Assembly (NCBI GenBank): GCA_004556705.1
Contig: SFGA01000002.1
Coordinates: 12,938-76,937 of the forward strand
From: Ruminococcus sp.
GTDB lineage: Bacteria > Bacillota > Clostridia > Oscillospirales > Acutalibacteraceae
DNA length: 64,000 nt
Direction of reading: 5' to 3'
The stretch's first letter is position 1. Every line of letters begins with the position of its first letter. The translations under genes were made by a program, and so were the position numbers. The notes under the pieces were generated by a model. That model did not search any database and was not told the origin of the DNA. It was given only the letters and a program-made list of their open reading frames with translations. Shown here one piece after another: positions 59,729-64,000 of this stretch.

Positions 59729-61573
59729 ATGTGCGGATTTGTAGGCTATGTAAATGCCGAAAATGACAAAGAAACAAATCAGAAGATTATCAAAGCGATG
59801 GCGGACAGAATAATCCACAGAGGTCCCGACCAGGACGATTATTATGTCGATTCCGAGGTTTCGCTCGGCTTCCGCAGACTTTCGATTATCGACCTTGACG
59901 GCGGCAGTCAGCCGATTACCAACGAGGACGGGTCAAGAGTTATCGTTTTTAACGGCGAAATTTATAACTATCAGGAAATCAGAGAAGAGCTTATCGAAAA
60001 AGGTCATATTTTTAAGACAAAGACCGATACGGAGGTAATTCTTCACGGCTTTGAGGAATACGGAAAAGATATTCTCACAAGGCTCAGAGGTATGTTTGCG
60101 TTTGTTATCTGGGACAAAAACACGAAAAAGCTTTTCGGTGCAAGGGATATTTTCGGAATTAAACCGTTTTTCTATTATCTCAACGAGGGTAATTTCCTTT
60201 TTGGCTCGGAGATAAAATCGTTTTTGTCAAATCCCCTTTTCAAAAAGGAATTTAACGAGGAAAGACTCCCCGATTATCTTTGCTTTGAGTATATTCCGAC
60301 TACCGAAACAATGTTCAAAAATGTCTATAAGCTTGAGCCCGGCAGTTATTTTGAATATGAAAACGGAGTGTTTAACACTAAAAGATATTTCACACCCGAA
60401 TACGATATTGACGATACAAAAAACATAGAGTATTGGGAAAATCTTATCGACGAAACGTTCAAGGGCTCGACTGTGGCTCACGGTATTGCGGATGTTGAGG
60501 TCGGCTGTTTCCTTTCAAGCGGCGTCGATTCAAGTTATGTTGTTCATGAGATGGCGAAGCGGAATAAGGTCAAGACCTTCTCTGTCGGCTATGCGGAGGA
60601 AAAATATTCGGAGCTTGACAGAGCCGTTAAATTTGCAGAGCACGAGGATGTTCCGAACTTTACAAAGAAAATCACGGCGGAGGAATATTTCTCTGTTGCA
60701 CCCATGGTTCAGTATTATATGGACGAGCCGCTTCCGAATCCGTCGGCACTTGCACTCTATTTCCTTGCAAAACTTGCTTCCGAGCAGGTCAAGGTCGTGC
60801 TTTCGGGCGAGGGCGCAGACGAACTTTTCGGCGGTTATCACTATTACAGAGAGCCGCTTGACTTTGAAAAGTATATGAAGGTTCCGCAGGGAATCAGAAA
60901 CGTACTCGGAAATGTTGCGGAGAAAATGCCTGCTTTCCACGGAAAGAGATTTTTGATAAGAGGCAGATACCCGATTGAACAGAGATTTATCAGATGCAAC
61001 TATGTTTACAATCACTCCGAGCTTGACAAGGTGCTTGCAAAGGATATTCCGTCAAAAGAGCCGTGGACATATACAAAGCAGTTCTTTGACGAGGTCGAGG
61101 GCGAGGATGATATTACAAAAATGCAGTACGCCGATATCAGGACTTGGCTTGTGCAGGATATTCTTGTCAAGGCAGACAGAATGAGTATGGCGAACTCGCT
61201 TGAATTGAGAGTTCCCTTCCTCGATAAAGAAATGCTCAAGGTAGCCTTGCAAATTCCGTCGAAGTACAGAGTAAATGACGAAACCACAAAGGTTGCATTG
61301 CGTGGTGCGGCAGCAAAGGAATTACCTGCCGAAACCTCATCAATGAGAAAAACAGGCTTTTTAACTCCGTTGAACGATTGGCTCAAAAGAGATGAATTTT
61401 ATAATTTGGTTAAGGAGAAATTCGAGTCTGACGAAGCGGGAATGTTCTTTAACCGTGATTATATAATTAAATTGCTTGACGATCACAAGTCGGGCACAGC
61501 ACACAATATGAAAAAAATATGGTCGGTTTATTCTTTCCTTCTTTGGTATGAGAAGTATTTTGTTGAAAACTGA
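59729..61573 (+). CDS. asnB: Asparagine synthase (glutamine-hydrolysing)
   Basis: N-terminal nucleophile MCGFVGY, GATase-II domain RGPD...RLSIIDL..G.QP, and synthetase PP-loop FLSSGVDSS. Confidence 0.92.
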   Translation: MCGFVGYVNAENDKETNQKIIKAMADRIIHRGPDQDDYYVDSEVSLGFRRLSIIDLDGGSQPITNEDGSRVIVFNGEIYNYQEIREELIEKGHIFKTKTDTEVILHGFEEYGKDILTRLRGMFAFVIWDKNTKKLFGARDIFGIKPFFYYLNEGNFLFGSEIKSFLSNPLFKKEFNEERLPDYLCFEYIPTTETMFKNVYKLEPGSYFEYENGVFNTKRYFTPEYDIDDTKNIEYWENLIDETFKGSTVAHGIADVEVGCFLSSGVDSSYVVHEMAKRNKVKTFSVGYAEEKYSELDRAVKFAEHEDVPNFTKKITAEEYFSVAPMVQYYMDEPLPNPSALALYFLAKLASEQVKVVLSGEGADELFGGYHYYREPLDFEKYMKVPQGIRNVLGNVAEKMPAFHGKRFLIRGRYPIEQRFIRCNYVYNHSELDKVLAKDIPSKEPWTYTKQFFDEVEGEDDITKMQYADIRTWLVQDILVKADRMSMANSLELRVPFLDKEMLKVALQIPSKYRVNDETTKVALRGAAAKELPAETSSMRKTGFLTPLNDWLKRDEFYNLVKEKFESDEAGMFFNRDYIIKLLDDHKSGTAHNMKKIWSVYSFLLWYEKYFVEN

Positions 61574-61588
61574 AAGTGAGGCGTTATT

Positions 61589-62941
61589 ATGTCCGAAAAA
61601 TGCGCAGCGGTAATTTTAGCAACAGAAGAAAACCCAAGTATTACAACCTATCGTTCTATTTATATGATGAACCTGTTATCAAAGCCGATAGTCGGTTGGG
61701 TAATAACGGCGCTCAGAAGATGCGGAATCGAAGATATTTCGGTTGTTGTGTCCGATAATGACGTTACAATCACACCGTATGTCGAGCTTTTGGGCTGTGC
61801 GTCGTATAAAAGAAAGCAGATTGAAAACGAATCAATCGATTTTATGAAAAAGCATTGCGAGGGCAACATTCTTGTCGTAAGAGGCGACGCTCCGTTTATT
61901 GATCCGATTGTGCTTAGAAACGCATTGCATGAGCACGAAAACAACGGCAATGAAGTTACGGTCGTCAGCACACAGGTTGATGTACCGTTCGGATATTCAA
62001 GAATAGTCAGAGGCGCTTTGGGAGAGCTTCTTTCGGTTGTCGAGGAGAAGCATGCGGCGGCTGACGAAAAGAAAATCAGAGAGGTAAGCTCGGGCTCATA
62101 TTGGTTTGATGCGATAATGCTTCTCCGAAGCCTTGAAAGCTGTGTTAAATTCCACAAGGACGCCGTTGACAATGCGGTCAACGAGATTATGGCGTTCAGC
62201 GGTAAGGTCGGTGCATATTATGCGGACTCCCCCGATATAGTTTTGCGTGCGAGCAACAGGAGACGTCTTTTGACGCTCAACGAAAAGGCGAGAAAAAATG
62301 AAATTTTGAGGCATATCGAGGCAGGCGTTGACATTCCGTGCATTGACGGCGTTATGATTGAGCCGGATGTTGAAATCGGTGTCGGAACAACGATTTTACC
62401 GGGTACGATTTTAAGAGGCAAGGTAAAAATCGGCAAGGGCTGTAAAATCGGCCCTAACACCTTGATTGAAAACAGCACGATCGGCGATAATGTTATTCTT
62501 AATGAAACACAATGCTATCAGTCTACCGTTAAAAACGGATGCAATATAGGTCCGTTTGCACATATAAGACCGAATTCCGTTGTCGGCGACAGCGTTCATT
62601 TGGGTAACTTTGTTGAGGTCAAAAATTCGTCGATTGACACGGGAACAAAGGTTTCTCACCTCACTTATGTCGGCGACAGCGACGTCGGAAAGCACGTTAA
62701 TTTCGGCTGCGGAACAGTTACCGTAAACTACACGGGCAGGGCAAAATTCAGAACAAAGATTATGGATGATGCGTTCATAGGCTGTAACACAAACCTTGTA
62801 GCACCCGTAACGGTCGGAGCAGGCGCATATACTGCGGCAGGCTCGACAATAACCGAGGATGTACCAGATTCCTCGCTCGGAATTGCAAGGGCAAGGCAGG
62901 TTAACAAGCTCGGCTGGAGAATAAATAAAGATAACGAATAA
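61589..62941 (+). CDS. glmU: GlmU homolog with canonical acetyltransferase (LbH) domain but divergent N-terminal nucleotidyltransferase domain
   Basis: The C-terminal half is near-identical in pattern to GlmU (NIGPFAHIRP.S..G..V.LGNFVE.K.S.....K..HL.YVGD...G..VN.GCG..TVNY.G..K..T.I.D.AFIGCN.NLVAPV.VG.GAY.AAGST.TEDVP...L.IARARQVNK). The N-terminus reads AVILATEENPSITTYRS where GlmU has LAAG.GTRM. Canonical glmU-pth-mfd synteny. Confidence 0.8.
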   Translation: MSEKCAAVILATEENPSITTYRSIYMMNLLSKPIVGWVITALRRCGIEDISVVVSDNDVTITPYVELLGCASYKRKQIENESIDFMKKHCEGNILVVRGDAPFIDPIVLRNALHEHENNGNEVTVVSTQVDVPFGYSRIVRGALGELLSVVEEKHAAADEKKIREVSSGSYWFDAIMLLRSLESCVKFHKDAVDNAVNEIMAFSGKVGAYYADSPDIVLRASNRRRLLTLNEKARKNEILRHIEAGVDIPCIDGVMIEPDVEIGVGTTILPGTILRGKVKIGKGCKIGPNTLIENSTIGDNVILNETQCYQSTVKNGCNIGPFAHIRPNSVVGDSVHLGNFVEVKNSSIDTGTKVSHLTYVGDSDVGKHVNFGCGTVTVNYTGRAKFRTKIMDDAFIGCNTNLVAPVTVGAGAYTAAGSTITEDVPDSSLGIARARQVNKLGWRINKDNE

Positions 62942-62956
62942 AACAAGAGGAAAATT

Positions 62957-63565
62957 ATGTTTGACAGACTTAACAAAAGTGGCAAGACTGTCGGCACGCC
63001 TGAATTTCTTGTGGTGGGGCTCGGAAATCCCGACAAAAAATACACCCTCACAAGACACAATTCGGGCTTTTTGTGTGTCGATGAGCTTGCCGAGAAGCAC
63101 GGCTTCAAAATAAACAAATTAAAATTTAAGGCTCTTATTGCCGACACGGTCATAAATTCTCACCGTGTAATCGTTATGAAGCCGCAGACCTATATGAATT
63201 TAAGCGGCGAAGCGGTAAGAGAGGCTGTGAATTTCTATAAAATACCGCCCGAAAACGTCATTGTGATTTTTGACGATATTTCGTTGGATGTCGGAAAGCT
63301 GAGAATTAAGAGAAAGGGCTCTGACGGCGGTCATAACGGTATAAAAAGCATTGTTTCGTGCATTTCAAGCAACAATTTCCCGAGAATAAAGCTCGGTGTG
63401 GGCAAAAAGCCGCATCCTGAATACGACCTTGCGGCATGGGTGCTCTCGGAGTTCAAAAAAGACGAGGCAAAGCCGTTGAAAGAAGCGATTGACAACGCTT
63501 GCGACGCACTTTTACTTATGCTCGACGGAAAAATCGACGAGGCAATGAACAAGTTTAATTCATAG
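62957..63565 (+). CDS. pth: Peptidyl-tRNA hydrolase
   Basis: LVVGLGNPDKKYTLTRHNSGF, QTYMNLSGEAV, and DDISLDVGKLRIKRKGSDGGHNGIKS. Confidence 0.96.
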   Translation: MFDRLNKSGKTVGTPEFLVVGLGNPDKKYTLTRHNSGFLCVDELAEKHGFKINKLKFKALIADTVINSHRVIVMKPQTYMNLSGEAVREAVNFYKIPPENVIVIFDDISLDVGKLRIKRKGSDGGHNGIKSIVSCISSNNFPRIKLGVGKKPHPEYDLAAWVLSEFKKDEAKPLKEAIDNACDALLLMLDGKIDEAMNKFNS

Positions 63566-63581
63566 GAGATAATTTTTAACT

Positions 63582-64000
63582 ATGTCTGCTTTTAGAGAGG
63601 CGTTAAGCAAATCGCCCGAATATAAAGAGCTTGAAAAGGCGGTCAAAAACGGCAAAACTCCGCTTGGTGTTTTGGGCCTTACCGCCATACACAAGGCTCA
63701 TTTGATAAGCTCGCTTTGTGCGGATAGCTCCCGCAAGGCTCTTGTTGTTATGCCCGACGAGTCGTCAGCCACAAAGTTTTGTGAGGATTTAAAGGTCTTT
63801 GGTTTGAATGCGTTGGTTTACCCCGAGCGTGATTTTTCGTTCAACGGTGCACAGTACCGTTCGCACGAATACGAGCAAAGACGCTTGAAAGTTCTTTCAA
63901 ATATGCTCGAGGGAAATCTTGACGTTGCGGTTTGTTCGGTTGAGGCGGCAATGCAGAGGACGATTCCCTGTGAGGACTTGAAAAAGCACTCTTTAACCTT
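63582..64000 (+). CDS. mfd: Transcription-repair coupling factor Mfd (N-terminal part, continues beyond the window)
   Basis: Not in the ORF track because there is no stop in the window. ATG 63582 follows TAGGAGA. Translation MSAFREALSKSPEYKELEKAVKNGKTPLGVLGLTAIHKAHLISSL... is a typical Mfd N-terminus. Canonical position after pth. Confidence 0.85.
   Translation, partial: MSAFREALSKSPEYKELEKAVKNGKTPLGVLGLTAIHKAHLISSLCADSSRKALVVMPDESSATKFCEDLKVFGLNALVYPERDFSFNGAQYRSHEYEQRRLKVLSNMLEGNLDVAVCSVEAAMQRTIPCEDLKKHSLT

Noticed and set aside
62411-63153. 229-aa and 141-aa minus-strand ORFs opposite glmU/pth
   Set aside because: They are antisense shadows of strongly supported genes, Cys/Arg-rich junk translations with no RBS. 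The same reasoning applies to the other long antisense ORFs (5788..6411, 11368..12093, 12650..13282, 42810..43412, 43614..44279, 60530..61015, 61660..62181).

Overview
This window is the chromosomal replication-origin region of a Firmicutes/Clostridia genome. A dockerin-bearing LRR protein, LL-DAP aminotransferase and a GH13 enzyme suggest an Oscillospiraceae/Ruminococcus-like organism, but that is inference only. The core is the classical origin synteny. On the minus strand: rpmH-rnpA-yidD-yidC-jag-mnmE-mnmG-rsmG-noc-soj-(lipoprotein)-spo0J-serS. On the plus strand: dnaA-dnaN-yaaA-recF-remB-gyrB-gyrA. The two blocks are separated by AT-rich spacers (31678-32113 and 33434-33661) that I call a bipartite oriC. 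Gene orientation flips at this point, mostly minus to the left and mostly plus to the right. Three perfect 16-bp palindromic parS sites sit in the par/gid block. The left flank carries the mreBCD-mrdA-minD-like block, mgsA, hisS-aspS, ahcY, hpf, ogg, a GH13 glycosidase and a Zn-ADH. The right flank carries tadA, an Mrp-type ATPase, guaB, glyA, an ANTAR protein, dapF-dapL, purB, galU, a minus-strand GDPD-MBL-rlmH block, and glmU-like-pth-mfd. No rRNA, tRNA, CRISPR array or complete IS was seen. Most notable observations: (1) an LMW protein-tyrosine-phosphatase gene is split inside its catalytic P-loop by a 185-bp element with perfect 21-bp terminal inverted repeats. (2) A NifU-like plus GGGtGRT gene pair of unknown function has its own consensus promoter and a long leader. 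(3) An ATP-grasp (D-Asp-ligase-like), aspartate racemase and AsnB cluster sits next to a GlmU homolog whose uridyltransferase motifs look degenerate. (4) A lipoprotein gene is wedged inside the soj-spo0J operon. (5) The oriC spacers show no canonical DnaA boxes by eye but do carry repeated alternative motifs. All coordinates and motif counts were read by eye. No searches or folding programs were run.
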